DNA from: a virus | Virus record (IMG/VR): IMGVR_UViG_3300010396_000006 | Coordinates: 1-64,000 of that record | Strand: one strand, 5' to 3' | Length of the DNA: 64,000 nucleotides | Shown: positions 38,201 to 47,073 of the stretch, piece by piece | How positions within the stretch are numbered: position 1 is the stretch's first letter | How the letters are laid out: each line of letters begins with the position of its first letter | The notes under the pieces: generated by a model | Database searches by the model: none | Seen by the model: only the letters and a program-made list of their open reading frames with translations | Told to the model about the DNA's origin: nothing | Program-made: the position numbers and the translations under genes

Positions 38201-40449
38201 CCGCGTTCACATCCGCCACGGCGGGAACCGACTATTCCGCCGGAACGAGCGGATTAACAACTGGGATTCTGAAAAGCACAACATCAACAGGGGTCTTGTC
38301 GATCGCGACGGCTGGTGATTTTCCGACGCTCAATCAGAATACAAGCGGACAAGCGGGAACCGTTGCGACGATTTCCGGTCTGATCGTTCAAGGCTCGAAT
38401 ATCATGATTACCGGGTCTGGCACATCCGGCAGTCCGTATTCCATTGCGGCAAGTGGAAGCGCGAATCCGACGTTCGATACTTTGACGAGCGGGACGAACA
38501 CAACAGCGGCAATGCTGGTTGGGACTGGTGCAAGCCTCGGCACGACCGGAACAGGAACGATCGCTGCGACAACAGTTGTCACGAATGCCAATCTCTCGGG
38601 AGTGGTCACAAGCGTCGGCAATACAACCTCGTTTGGATCGTTCACGTCAGCAACACTTGCAGCCGCTTTGAGCGATGAGACGGGAACGGGAGCGGCGGTC
38701 TTCGCGACATCCCCTACGCTGGTCACTCCAATCCTGGGGACGCCGACATCCGGCAATCTAGCCAACTGCACATTTCCGACACTGAATCAGAATACAACTG
38801 GTAATGCTGCGACGGTCACAACGAATGCAAATCTTTCGGGTGTCGTGACGAGTGTTGGCAATACGACATCATTCGGATCATTCATATCTGGGACATTGCG
38901 AGCGGCAATCACGGATTCGACTGGGACTGGCGCTGCGGTATTCGGGACATCACCAGCATTAAGCGGGACAGTTCTTCTCAGTTCTCAAGTAAAATTCAGT
39001 AGTCCTGCCAGTGGCGTGTTAATGCTCGCCAACTTTGCTGCAACAGGATTCACGGGAATTCAATATGGATCGGCAACAGCCGCTAATACGGCTGGATCGA
39101 ACGTCACTGAAACCGCCAGCTTGAGTACAGGAACCGGGGTTGCTGGAACGCTGGGCGTTGTGACGGGATTCGCAGGTGTCTCACAAGCCACGACAGTGAC
39201 AGTGACGATTGCAAATCCAGCGGTATTCTCTCTGACGGCCCACGGATTCGTTCCCGGTTCATCATTCACATTGACGACGACGGGAGCATTGCCAACCGGA
39301 TTGGCGACGGCCACAACGTACTATGTCATCGCGACTGGATTAACAGCGAATGCATTCCAAGCTTCTGCCACTCCAGCCGGTTCAGCAATCGTTACGACAG
39401 GATCTCAGTCGGGAACGCATACGCTGACATCGACGACAACTGTCCAGAATCCCGGTGCAACAATCGCGACATGGGGTCCATCAGCCAATACAGGTTCCCA
39501 AGCAATCAACTTGCTGAATCTTGCTCAAGTCTGGAATACCTCGTCATCCGTGACGGCCATCCTGATGAATATCACGATGGTCGCTGCTGGCGGTTCCAGT
39601 AATCTGATGGATCTGCAAGTCGGCGGTTCGTCAATGTTCAAAGTATCGACCGGCGGTAATATCACTAGTCTTGCGCTGACAACCAATACTTGGAATAACT
39701 CGAACGGGACTGTCTCGATCTGGCAAGGAGCAGCGAGTTCTAACAACGCAACATTCATGGTTGCTGCGACGACTCCGATCATGCGATGGGCTACATCGAC
39801 ATCGGCATCGTTCGGAATTAAGCGATCTGGAACGACGGCGGCGTTCCGTCTTGCTGACGACTCGGCTGATGCTCCAATTACAGCCGCGGCAGCAACCTTT
39901 AGCGGAACTGTCAATAATACGACCCTGACCGCATCCAATATCGTGATGACGGATGGATCGAAGAATCTCACCAGTCTCGCCACGTTGACAGTCAGCAATG
40001 GGGGGACCGGCGTTGCGACACTGACAGGGATTGTCAAAGGGAATGGAACGAGTGCATTCTCGGCAGCGACGGCTGGAACAGATTTTGTCGCACCGGGTAC
40101 TGTTACGGCTTTCACGGCTCAGCAGTATTTCGCTGAACAAACTCTGATCGATGCCTCGACCATCACATGGAATGCGAACACGCAACAGGCGGCATTCGTG
40201 CTACTGACGAGTGCTGTCGGATCAACCCGTGTACTGGGCTTCCCGTCAAATATTCAAGCGGGAGCAACTTACACGATTGTCATCAAGCAAAGTTCCACCG
40301 GATCAAATGCGATCACTTATGGGGCCGGATATCTGTTTCCTGGCGGAACAGCTTTTGTTCTCAGTACAGCCAACAATGCGATTGATGTGCTGACATTCGT
40401 CTGTCATGGCAGCAATTTGCTCGGCGTTGGCCAAAAGGCATTCGCATAA
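35254..40449 (+). CDS. long Gly/Thr/Ser-rich tail fibre or virion appendage protein
   Basis: 1731 aa; VVTKAYCD, RVLVKDQ...QNGI...WVLTR module, GGTG repeats, internal duplications, C-terminal IVIKQ...LST...IDVLTF module typical of phage fibres. Confidence 0.8.
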   Translation: MTGVTAPDRFNGGEEVLFPPDQGTVGQAMVSLGNGQSAWQDVGTVRSVAVATANGFTGVSSGGPNPVLTLTYQLTAPGPSTLGGVNSIAAVSHQWISSITTAGQPILTQPAFADIAGLGSMAQQSAASVAITGGSITGMPSPVNASDVVTKAYCDAMTSNLSQKNACLVATTAQLTATYNNGSSGVGATLTNSGSQAALSIDSVVLPLNARVLVKDQTSNTFQNGIFSLTNQGSGSTNWVLTRTSDFDGSIGPNGGITAGSYTVIQSGSVNAGTLWVETGEGPFTVGTTPILFTKLSAASQTLTLTGDVTGTGAASIAVTVTQINGVALGNTAATAGHLLIGSGTNWASQTVGGDGTLNSSGSLTITKTNGVNFTSAATTAIGTSGATIPLLNAENTWSAQQDYTTGVSLTSGHALLLNGSADQNWRLGLGINAYTVTTVGSTTSIQVVYGSGSSGPDGMAFGPTGGSSTLELRGDDNSAYFRGPVRMANYSTGVAQFDGSGNLSSGPYAASAATLLGSVLNSTVVTSSLTSVGTIGTGTWQGSVVAGQYGGTGVANTGLTLTLSANNAVSSWAITGNAVASVSPIQITGTIFSGTNAVPYMLISPTGTTLTFPWSSLGTMLAANLSAGFVGDYLNLRRSGQTSPDFIFSSTGAITYGGNLVSKVPFNQFNDSVGLGVLSFDANYVWGFRNSTLGPNELRVYGTYSNGANYERLVIRTAAGTHTIGTENAGTGVARALNIETAGTTAIAIDTSQNVSVSSLTASRPVGTDGSKNLVSLTITGTGAAVLSTGPTLTNPIVGTQSPGDNSTKAASTAYVATAVSNAAYTLPIASTSILGGVKVDGTTITINGSGVISSTGGGSGTVTTISVTANNGITQSVSNPTTTPNITLGLGNITPTSVSTGTVTLTGTLALKNGSNANILNLQAGVTASTITFTLPTADGTVGQTLITDGSQNWSFGTLSVAGGGTGAMTLTGLVKGNGTSAFTSATAGTDYSAGTSGLTTGILKSTTSTGVLSIATAGDFPTLNQNTSGQAGTVATISGLIVQGSNIMITGSGTSGSPYSIAASGSANPTFDTLTSGTNTTAAMLVGTGASLGTTGTGTIAATTVVTNANLSGVVTSVGNTTSFGSFTSATLAAALSDETGTGAAVFATSPTLVTPILGTPTSGNLANCTFPTLNQNTTGNAATVTTNANLSGVVTSVGNTTSFGSFISGTLRAAITDSTGTGAAVFGTSPALSGTVLLSSQVKFSSPASGVLMLANFAATGFTGIQYGSATAANTAGSNVTETASLSTGTGVAGTLGVVTGFAGVSQATTVTVTIANPAVFSLTAHGFVPGSSFTLTTTGALPTGLATATTYYVIATGLTANAFQASATPAGSAIVTTGSQSGTHTLTSTTTVQNPGATIATWGPSANTGSQAINLLNLAQVWNTSSSVTAILMNITMVAAGGSSNLMDLQVGGSSMFKVSTGGNITSLALTTNTWNNSNGTVSIWQGAASSNNATFMVAATTPIMRWATSTSASFGIKRSGTTAAFRLADDSADAPITAAAATFSGTVNNTTLTASNIVMTDGSKNLTSLATLTVSNGGTGVATLTGIVKGNGTSAFSAATAGTDFVAPGTVTAFTAQQYFAEQTLIDASTITWNANTQQAAFVLLTSAVGSTRVLGFPSNIQAGATYTIVIKQSSTGSNAITYGAGYLFPGGTAFVLSTANNAIDVLTFVCHGSNLLGVGQKAFA

Positions 40450-41120
40450 TGTTTTCATTTCCCGTAGCTCATTGGTCCGCACCTGCTGCTACCGGTATCT
40501 CTTTCGGTCGAAATGCGACAGGGAGTATCACTGGGACAAACACCAACTATACGGTTGGATTCTCTGGGGGAGCTTCTGCTGCTGGAACATGGGTTGTTGC
40601 AGTAATTCAAGATGTGGATACTGGCCAAGCAACGATTTCCGGCGGTTCGGCCTGGACAAAGGCGGCTGGCGGACAAGATGTCGGGAGCGGATATTCGGCG
40701 AGATGTTATTACAAGAAATGCGGTGCGAGCGAGCCATCAACATACACAGTCACCTACGCCGGTTCATCAAAATCAGATGCGAATTGTGTCACCATCTTCG
40801 AGGTCCTGGGAGCCAATGCAACAAATCCTGACGACATCCAAGTAACGTCGAATACGGCAACGCCACATTCTGTCACGTCATCGGCTACCACTGACTGCGT
40901 TGTCTTGGTCGCCGCCGATTCACAAATGACCGGGGCCGGATTCACTCCTCCAACTGGATACACGGCTCAAGGAAATATTGAAGTGGCGAATGGGACAACA
41001 TTCCTACTGACAGCAATCGCCGCCAAACTGAATGTAGGAGCCGGAACGATTTCACCGGGAGCGTGGGGCAGTCCCGAGACGTCAGCCGACTTCCTTTGGA
41101 CGATCGCGTTTAAGTTATGA
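40449..41120 (+). CDS. fibre-associated beta-rich protein
   Basis: TAATG coupling; similar G/T/S/A composition. Confidence 0.65.
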   Translation: MFSFPVAHWSAPAATGISFGRNATGSITGTNTNYTVGFSGGASAAGTWVVAVIQDVDTGQATISGGSAWTKAAGGQDVGSGYSARCYYKKCGASEPSTYTVTYAGSSKSDANCVTIFEVLGANATNPDDIQVTSNTATPHSVTSSATTDCVVLVAADSQMTGAGFTPPTGYTAQGNIEVANGTTFLLTAIAAKLNVGAGTISPGAWGSPETSADFLWTIAFKL

Positions 41121-41683
41121 ATAACATTCAAGAAATCATCGCAGAACATCAGAAGTGGATTGCTGATCCATCAAAGGGAAAACGTGGCAAGTTGAAATGC
41201 TGCGACCTATCAGGGTTGGATCTATCGACAGTTGATGTCCGTGGAATTGATTTGTCTCATGCGGTCCTCGCCAATTGCAAGCTTCCGGCCAATTGTCGAT
41301 CGGTCAAGTTAGTTTGTGCCAGGGGACCGTTGTCTCTCAGCGGTCATGACATCTCGGGTGCAAATTTCGAAAAAATGGATTTGGAATCAATCGATCTGAT
41401 CGGTGCAATTTGGAACGCGACGATTATCAATCAAGTGTCGGGCTGGATCATTCGCGATGGATACTGGGCATTCGCAACCAACGCATTCGTACAAATCGGT
41501 TGCATGACAAAAACAATGGCCGAATGGGAAACGATCGGCGGAACTCGCGAGTCTTTGATGGTGTTGCACCAAGAACAATCAAACATCGATCTGGATTTAA
41601 CATGGTCATGGTGGGAAACTCACAAGAAAACGATTCGCGATTGGTACTCTTCTCAGATTGTCGATTCCAAAATATCTGGCTAG
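41117..41683 (+). CDS. pentapeptide-repeat protein
   Basis: HQKW, DLSGLDLS...GIDLSHA...ISGANF, VQIGC...EW. Confidence 0.75.
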   Translation: MNNIQEIIAEHQKWIADPSKGKRGKLKCCDLSGLDLSTVDVRGIDLSHAVLANCKLPANCRSVKLVCARGPLSLSGHDISGANFEKMDLESIDLIGAIWNATIINQVSGWIIRDGYWAFATNAFVQIGCMTKTMAEWETIGGTRESLMVLHQEQSNIDLDLTWSWWETHKKTIRDWYSSQIVDSKISG

Positions 41684-41731
41684 ACTGCCAGTCGCTTTGA
41701 GCCTCTCCATTCTTCACAAAGGGAATTTACT

Positions 41732-42103
41732 GTGGCAGAAAAAATTACTGTTGATTTCGGTGTGACCGCTCTGAACTTCGATGGGAAGCCATTGGACTTC
41801 CCGACCGGAACTCGGAACCCGCAAACCGGTCAGCCCGACGTTGAAAGCAAGACTCTAGCATGGTGGCTGGCCAATAATATTCTCGCTGGGAAAACTGACG
41901 GCCCGGCAATGACAATTCTTCCCTGGATGTTCCGCCTCGGGGAAGTGCCGCCAGCACCATTGGAATTGAGCGTTGCCGACTATGATTTGCTCGACAGCAT
42001 CGTCGATAAATCAGGAACCGCATTGCTGCTCCGTGGACAAGTTCAAAAACTCATGAGTGATGCCCGCGCCGCATCAAAGGCGGCTGAAGCCAAGAAAGAT
42101 TGA
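41732..42103 (+). CDS. hypothetical protein (possible fibre chaperone)
   Basis: GTG with AAGGGA RBS; location. Confidence 0.6.
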   Translation: MAEKITVDFGVTALNFDGKPLDFPTGTRNPQTGQPDVESKTLAWWLANNILAGKTDGPAMTILPWMFRLGEVPPAPLELSVADYDLLDSIVDKSGTALLLRGQVQKLMSDARAASKAAEAKKD

Positions 42104-42104
42104 C

Positions 42105-42881
42105 ATGGCGAACAAGTACCTTCAGGACAACATCCCAAACGGGAATGGCACGCTGACATCAAACGTCTATGACTTCAATGGGAACCTGTTGAATGTGTCA
42201 GGACCGTTGTCCTGGGTACAGTTCGGCGACAATCCATCGAATCGGCGGGCGCTCATGACAGACCCCGCAACGGGAACCTGTCGCGTCGTTCAATATCGGA
42301 ATGGTGGAGAATTTGCGAATTGGAAAGTCGATTTCCCGGCAGTTGAGACAGCCGGCGTCTACTCTTTACAAGAGTCTCCTACGGCCGCAGAGACGGCTGT
42401 CAAAGTCGGGAAAATTCAGGTCCAACCGGTCCTTGCCATCAATACTCAACAGGCGAGAGCGGCATTGAGTCCGTTGACGCTGGGGATTGTTCGCGGCGAT
42501 TTCTACGCGCAAGCACTTCCCGGAGCGCTTGGAACGATTGTCGGCCGAAGCGGACTCACGCTCACGGCAAAAGAAACGTGGCTCACGCAGCAACCGGGTG
42601 ATACGGATTCTCAGGCCACGTTCCAGATCACCGAAGCCGGTGGACTGATCATTCTCAACGGTTCCACATCTGGAATCCAAAGCAATTGGGCCAGTTTGGT
42701 TGTCACAGATGAGCAACAGGGAACAGCAATTCTGACGATGAAAGCGGATATGACATCACAACTCGGATTGCTCGATCTAACATGGGATGTGCAGGTTCAA
42801 ATGCCGAACGGCCCATCATCCCCAATTCTGAATGGCAGAGTCTCATTGGCGTCTGATGTGACTCAAAAGATCGTTGCCTGA
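42105..42881 (+). CDS. virion structural protein, BppU-like C-terminal domain
   Basis: IVRGD...LTAK...WDVQV...GRV...DVT pattern. Confidence 0.55.
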   Translation: MANKYLQDNIPNGNGTLTSNVYDFNGNLLNVSGPLSWVQFGDNPSNRRALMTDPATGTCRVVQYRNGGEFANWKVDFPAVETAGVYSLQESPTAAETAVKVGKIQVQPVLAINTQQARAALSPLTLGIVRGDFYAQALPGALGTIVGRSGLTLTAKETWLTQQPGDTDSQATFQITEAGGLIILNGSTSGIQSNWASLVVTDEQQGTAILTMKADMTSQLGLLDLTWDVQVQMPNGPSSPILNGRVSLASDVTQKIVA

Positions 42882-42902
42882 AATTTGCGCCATGAAATAG
42901 AA

Positions 42903-42973
42903 AAATCTAGTTGATTTTCCGAAATGATGTCGATAGAGTCAGATCACGCCGCTGATTCAGTAACATCGCGGTG
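42903..42973 (+). promoter_or_regulatory. sigma70-like promoter with operator palindrome and CAGTAAC leader hairpin
   Basis: AAATC-TAGTT-GATTT 42903-42917; TTGATT 42911-42916, 17 bp, TAGAGT 42934-42939; hairpin 42945-42973 with loop TCAGTAAC. Confidence 0.75.
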
Positions 42974-43005
42974 AACTTCTGAATCATTCTTGAAAGGAAA
43001 TCGCC

Positions 43006-43287
43006 ATGTCTTTCGTTCTTAAACTCATTTCTTGGCCATTCAAGATTGTATTCGGAATCAGTCCGTTCGCGGGAATCGTTGTTTCGATGATATTGGTGGC
43101 CTATTTGTCAAAATCCGGCGCGGAGGTTGTGGCAATGCATCGAGAAATGGCAGCCGCTGATGCGTGCGCTGAGCGAGAAAAACTCAGAGAAGATGAGAGG
43201 CGTCAGCAAGCATTGGACAATTGGCGACGGCGAGAAAACGAGACCCCCTCTTCTGATGATGGATATTCTGGATTGCATGATCGGTAG
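43006..43287 (+). CDS. small membrane protein
   Basis: AAAGGA RBS; N-terminal TM. Confidence 0.7.
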   Translation: MSFVLKLISWPFKIVFGISPFAGIVVSMILVAYLSKSGAEVVAMHREMAAADACAEREKLREDERRQQALDNWRRRENETPSSDDGYSGLHDR

Positions 43288-43298
43288 TTCACTGTAAG

Positions 43299-43877
43299 AT
43301 GAGACATCCTCAAGGAGTCAAGTCAGTGGCCGATTCATGGAACAACTGGGTAACCGAAAACATCCCCTATATCCGAAAGCAGTTGCTTTTAATCTGGGAT
43401 AAAGCGTGTTTTGTCCAGAAGAAAGAAAGCGAATTGGAAGATCGCTTGGCCATTGACGAGCAGAAAGAGCAGACCGAGCAGGCGATGTTGCAGGCTCAAA
43501 TCGACGAACTCAGTAAAAAGGTAGAAATTCTTATGACCGGACAAGCCGATTTCGCCGCCCAGCAAGCCGCCGTCGACGCGACGATGGATGCCTGTGCCAC
43601 ATTGCTTGGACAGACCGTGACGTTGCTGACTGGATTGGGATCTCTGATCATCGGACTGCAAACGACCGTGACCAATCTTCAGTCGCAAGCGACCGAAGGC
43701 ACGCAAGCGGATGCCGTATTCGAAGCCGCCGCCGTCGATCTCGGAACGCACAAAGCAACTCTGCAAACCGCCCTCGACAATGCTCAGGCCGCGCTCAATA
43801 CCGCCAGTTCGTTCGTTCCGCCGGCCCCACAAACCGATCCGAACGCTCCCGCAAACCAGAATCAATCGAGTACCTGA
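43299..43877 (+). CDS. coiled-coil hypothetical protein
   Basis: Ala/Gln/Thr-rich heptads. Confidence 0.65.
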   Translation: MRHPQGVKSVADSWNNWVTENIPYIRKQLLLIWDKACFVQKKESELEDRLAIDEQKEQTEQAMLQAQIDELSKKVEILMTGQADFAAQQAAVDATMDACATLLGQTVTLLTGLGSLIIGLQTTVTNLQSQATEGTQADAVFEAAAVDLGTHKATLQTALDNAQAALNTASSFVPPAPQTDPNAPANQNQSST

Positions 43878-43929
43878 ACGGTGCGCCCGGCCTAGATGCT
43901 GGGTGGCTTACTGGCTTCGGATGGCCAAG

Positions 43930-43969
43930 AATAGCGGGCTGAGAACTCTCCTCTTCAGCCCGCTATTTT
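43930..43969 (+). terminator. intrinsic terminator-like hairpin
   Basis: AATAGCGGGCTGA/TCAGCCCGCTATT followed by TT. Confidence 0.65.
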
Positions 43970-43996
43970 CACATCGGTACATCGAATGGATTCGCC

Positions 43997-44356
43997 ATGA
44001 ACCCAAAGCGGGAATTGCTTCATCACCTTCATGCTGGCCGCTGTTTGTGGTGTAACTGCCAGACAAAGCTGGTTCGGCCAAAATGTTTTCACTCGCTTAA
44101 GGCGAATGCGTCAACGATCGATCATCTGATCAATAAGCTGGACAGGCCAGACCCGATGCAAGACGTGATCGTCAATGCCTGCAATCGTTGCAATGAGAGG
44201 CGTGGACGAGAGGCTACGCGGACTCAAACGGTTGAACAGCAGAAAGCACGGGTCGCGTTAGACAAAGCCCTGTATCAAGCATGGCTGGCTCGCAACGATG
44301 TTCGGATGGGAGCCGTTGACACAGATCGGGAAAAACAACAAAGGGCCACTGCATGA
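43997..44356 (+). CDS. HNH endonuclease
   Basis: RCLWC...TIDHL...NACNRCNERRG. Confidence 0.8.
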   Translation: MNPKRELLHHLHAGRCLWCNCQTKLVRPKCFHSLKANASTIDHLINKLDRPDPMQDVIVNACNRCNERRGREATRTQTVEQQKARVALDKALYQAWLARNDVRMGAVDTDREKQQRATA

Positions 44357-44850
44357 CGTTCAAAGTCGGCGATTTGGTTGAATGCATCGATAAAGATGCA
44401 ATTCACGGCGTTGGGAATCGGTTCAATATTCTCGAAGTCAGTCCGGACGGCCTGCACATTCGGATCGACGGAACTGGGCTCTGGTTGAAATCCAGATTCA
44501 AGCTTATTGAACCTAGTGAGAAATCCAGAGGGCAGCTTGCATGTGAGGCATTCGCGGCCCGGCGAAGAATTTCCGGGCATGACTATAGCGGCTGGAACCA
44601 TCTGGATGTCAGCGAACAAGAGGCATGGGAAGCCGCCGCGATCGCAAATCGAGAGATTCCCTCTCAATCGATCACGAAAGAGGAACTGGACGTCGTCGCG
44701 GCATTGAAGAGTGCCTACAACGCATACCAGAAGCTTGATCAACGCGATGCCGATCAAGACGAGCATTTCCTACAGTCAATGGAAACATCTCTCCGGATCA
44801 TCACGTTCCGCATCGCCAAACGAGTCAACCCAGAAGTCTGGGGTGACTGA
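44353..44850 (+). CDS. hypothetical protein with SH3/KOW-like N-terminal module
   Basis: FKVGDLVECID...SRFKL. Confidence 0.7.
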   Translation: MTFKVGDLVECIDKDAIHGVGNRFNILEVSPDGLHIRIDGTGLWLKSRFKLIEPSEKSRGQLACEAFAARRRISGHDYSGWNHLDVSEQEAWEAAAIANREIPSQSITKEELDVVAALKSAYNAYQKLDQRDADQDEHFLQSMETSLRIITFRIAKRVNPEVWGD

Positions 44851-44884
44851 CAAAACCGAACCCCTTAAATCAAAGGGCAATTTT

Positions 44885-45571
44885 ATGACAGAAATCGACG
44901 TTAATACTCTGTTCGCAGTTGGGGCCACTGTTCATCCGAAGGAAACCGGATTTGGATTGATTGCAGGTATACCGTATGGAATCGTGACTGTGACGCCGGA
45001 ACCGACCGCACCGGGCGGCGCTGTTCTGACGCTCACGGGAATGGAGGCCGAAAAGCCATATTCACCGCATCTATTCATGGAATACGATCTGTGGCTCGCT
45101 GGAACCGAGAAGAAAAAGGCGGCAGACGCAAAACCAAAACTTCCCCCTATCCAAAAAATCGCGCAAGCGACTGGTTCACAACGATCCGTTGTGTTCGTCA
45201 AACTCGATACCGGTGTTTTCAAGGATGACCTATTCCCATCGATCCGAGCCGCAATTCAGCAGCAACTGATTGGATCATGCCTCGAAGGATGCGTGGTTAT
45301 TGTCTACTCGCAAGCTGAAATCGCGATCGTCAGCGAGCATGCCGAATCTGAGATCAAATCTGAATTCGACGAACCGTGGTATCCAATCTATAAATTCGAT
45401 GCGCCACAATGGGAACACGTGTGGGTTAGATGCGAAGATGGAACAACTCAACTGGCCTATTGCACGGGGGATGATGAGTTCATGACTCTCGAATCGAATA
45501 TCGCAGCGCCAGATCTGATCAACGAAGTCACTCACTGGTCTAAATTCATCAACAAGCAGTTCACGGAATAG
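44885..45571 (+). CDS. hypothetical protein with DUF551-like C-terminus
   Basis: WYPI...VWV...VTHW. Confidence 0.6.
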   Translation: MTEIDVNTLFAVGATVHPKETGFGLIAGIPYGIVTVTPEPTAPGGAVLTLTGMEAEKPYSPHLFMEYDLWLAGTEKKKAADAKPKLPPIQKIAQATGSQRSVVFVKLDTGVFKDDLFPSIRAAIQQQLIGSCLEGCVVIVYSQAEIAIVSEHAESEIKSEFDEPWYPIYKFDAPQWEHVWVRCEDGTTQLAYCTGDDEFMTLESNIAAPDLINEVTHWSKFINKQFTE

Positions 45572-45576
45572 ATCCG

Positions 45577-45813
45577 ATGGCCAAAATCGATCTGACCGAC
45601 TTAGAGCAGATCCGGACGTCATGCCCGGTCTGCCTGGGTCGAGTCCAGAACTGCAATCACTGCGGCAATACGGGAAGAGTCTCATTCAATTCGGATGCTG
45701 AATGGCTTTCGGCACGTCGACGAGTCATCACCGATGAACAGCGGCGACAGATGGACATGAGGCTCGGTCAACTGGCCGTTGTCGCCTATCTGACCGACGA
45801 ACTGTATCAGTGA
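45577..45813 (+). CDS. small Zn-finger protein
   Basis: CPVCLG...CNHCGNTG. Confidence 0.65.
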   Translation: MAKIDLTDLEQIRTSCPVCLGRVQNCNHCGNTGRVSFNSDAEWLSARRRVITDEQRRQMDMRLGQLAVVAYLTDELYQ

Positions 45814-45822
45814 GGCTAATTC

Positions 45823-46110
45823 ATGCCGTTTCCTCAAATATCGCATCTGCAATTCAAAGTGCTGGCCTGCCTGATGAAAGGCGAGATGCACGGAAAGAAC
45901 ATTCGTCAAGCGATCGCGGCTGAAGGAGTGAAGCAGTCTAATCCAGCGTTCTACCAATTGATGGCCAGAATGGAGAAGGCTGATTACGTATCCAGCAGAT
46001 ATGACCAATCGATACACGATGGTATACCACTGACGGAATGCGTCTATCGTATCACCAAAACAGGCCAAAAGACGGCCGAGTCAACCATCGAATTCTACTC
46101 CGCCAAGTAG
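45823..46110 (+). CDS. PadR-family winged-helix regulator
   Basis: VLACL...MHGKNI...FYQLMARMEKADYV...YRITKTG. Confidence 0.8.
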   Translation: MPFPQISHLQFKVLACLMKGEMHGKNIRQAIAAEGVKQSNPAFYQLMARMEKADYVSSRYDQSIHDGIPLTECVYRITKTGQKTAESTIEFYSAK

Positions 46111-46116
46111 TTAGAC

Positions 46117-46146
46117 TTGACGCAACCCCAAATACCTGAATAGAGT
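46117..46146 (+). promoter_or_regulatory. sigma70-like promoter for terminase operon
   Basis: TTGACG, 18 bp, TAGAGT. Confidence 0.55.
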
Positions 46147-46158
46147 CTGCACATGTCC

Positions 46159-46250
46159 ACCTGAAAAGGTCCGACACAGAACTCCTGAAAAGGACTTCGC
46201 CAAAGAACTCCCGAAACGGACTTCAACAGCAAGGGAACTCCAGAAATGGA
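46159..46250 (+). repeat. four GAAA-loop mini-hairpin repeats in the terS leader
   Basis: ACCT-GAAA-AGGT, GAAC-TCCT-GAAA-AGGA-CTTC, GAAC-TCCC-GAAA-CGGA-CTTC, GAAC-TCCA-GAAA-TGGA. Confidence 0.8.
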
Positions 46251-47073
46251 GGATAAGCTATCGTCTGCGGAGCGAAGGAAGCTCAGAAGGCAGTTAAAGG
46301 AACAAGGCGAATCAATACCCGCTGACCTAACGCCTAAGCCCAATCGTAAAGCCCATCTGGATAAACTCCCCAATACGGAAACAAAGACACCGAAGACGGA
46401 GAGTAAACCAAGGGGCCAAGCGAAGCCAAAGCCCAAAGCGAAAGCCAAGCCCAAGCCAAGAAAGACTGAGACAACACCGGCCGGTAATGAATCAGTCGAT
46501 CAACAGAACGAGACGGAACAACCCAAGCCAGTCACGGTAGAAGCGGTCCCCGCTCCCGAGTCTGAAATCTCACCCGAATCTGTGTCGGGGGGATGGGGGG
46601 ACGGTGGCAAATATGGTCCATCTGGTCTGACGAAAACGCACGAACAGCGGATGGTTGTCAGTTCATTCAATTGGCAAAACCGCAATCGATTCCCGCTGGA
46701 AAAGGCTGTTGACGAAAACCTGAAGATCGTTGATGCGGTTGATGGCAAGTCGGATGTCTATCAGGAAATCCTGACCACGACTGTCGAGATGATGAGATCG
46801 AAGTCGGCGAGGTCAAAGGGCATTGGATTGCGGGCCGGCGTTCAACTCGTGACGGCCGTGCAAAAAGACGACCATGCCAAGTTGAGGGCTGAACTGCGTC
46901 CGATGGTATTCACTCCTCCCTCCCCTGCGCCAGAGATGCCGGCTCCCGCAGTTCCGGCCCATGTCGACCAAAGCATGAACATCGATAACAGCCATCGCGT
47001 CGTGATCTTCAACATTCCGGATAACGGACGAGATCCACAATTGAAGGCGCAATTGACTGGGGCCGCTCAATGA
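46246..47073 (+). CDS. putative terminase small subunit
   Basis: Overlaps terL start; Lys/Pro-rich N-terminus; C-terminal VVIFNIPDNGRD as in many TerS proteins. Confidence 0.6.
   Translation: MEDKLSSAERRKLRRQLKEQGESIPADLTPKPNRKAHLDKLPNTETKTPKTESKPRGQAKPKPKAKAKPKPRKTETTPAGNESVDQQNETEQPKPVTVEAVPAPESEISPESVSGGWGDGGKYGPSGLTKTHEQRMVVSSFNWQNRNRFPLEKAVDENLKIVDAVDGKSDVYQEILTTTVEMMRSKSARSKGIGLRAGVQLVTAVQKDDHAKLRAELRPMVFTPPSPAPEMPAPAVPAHVDQSMNIDNSHRVVIFNIPDNGRDPQLKAQLTGAAQ

Noticed and set aside
35491-40185. Many long minus-strand ORFs opposite the fibre gene and elsewhere
   Set aside because: Shadow ORFs caused by codon bias of the plus-strand genes; no RBS or motifs
46159-46250. CRISPR mini-array
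   Set aside because: Repeat units of about 16-20 nt with spacers of only 6-12 nt; no cas genes
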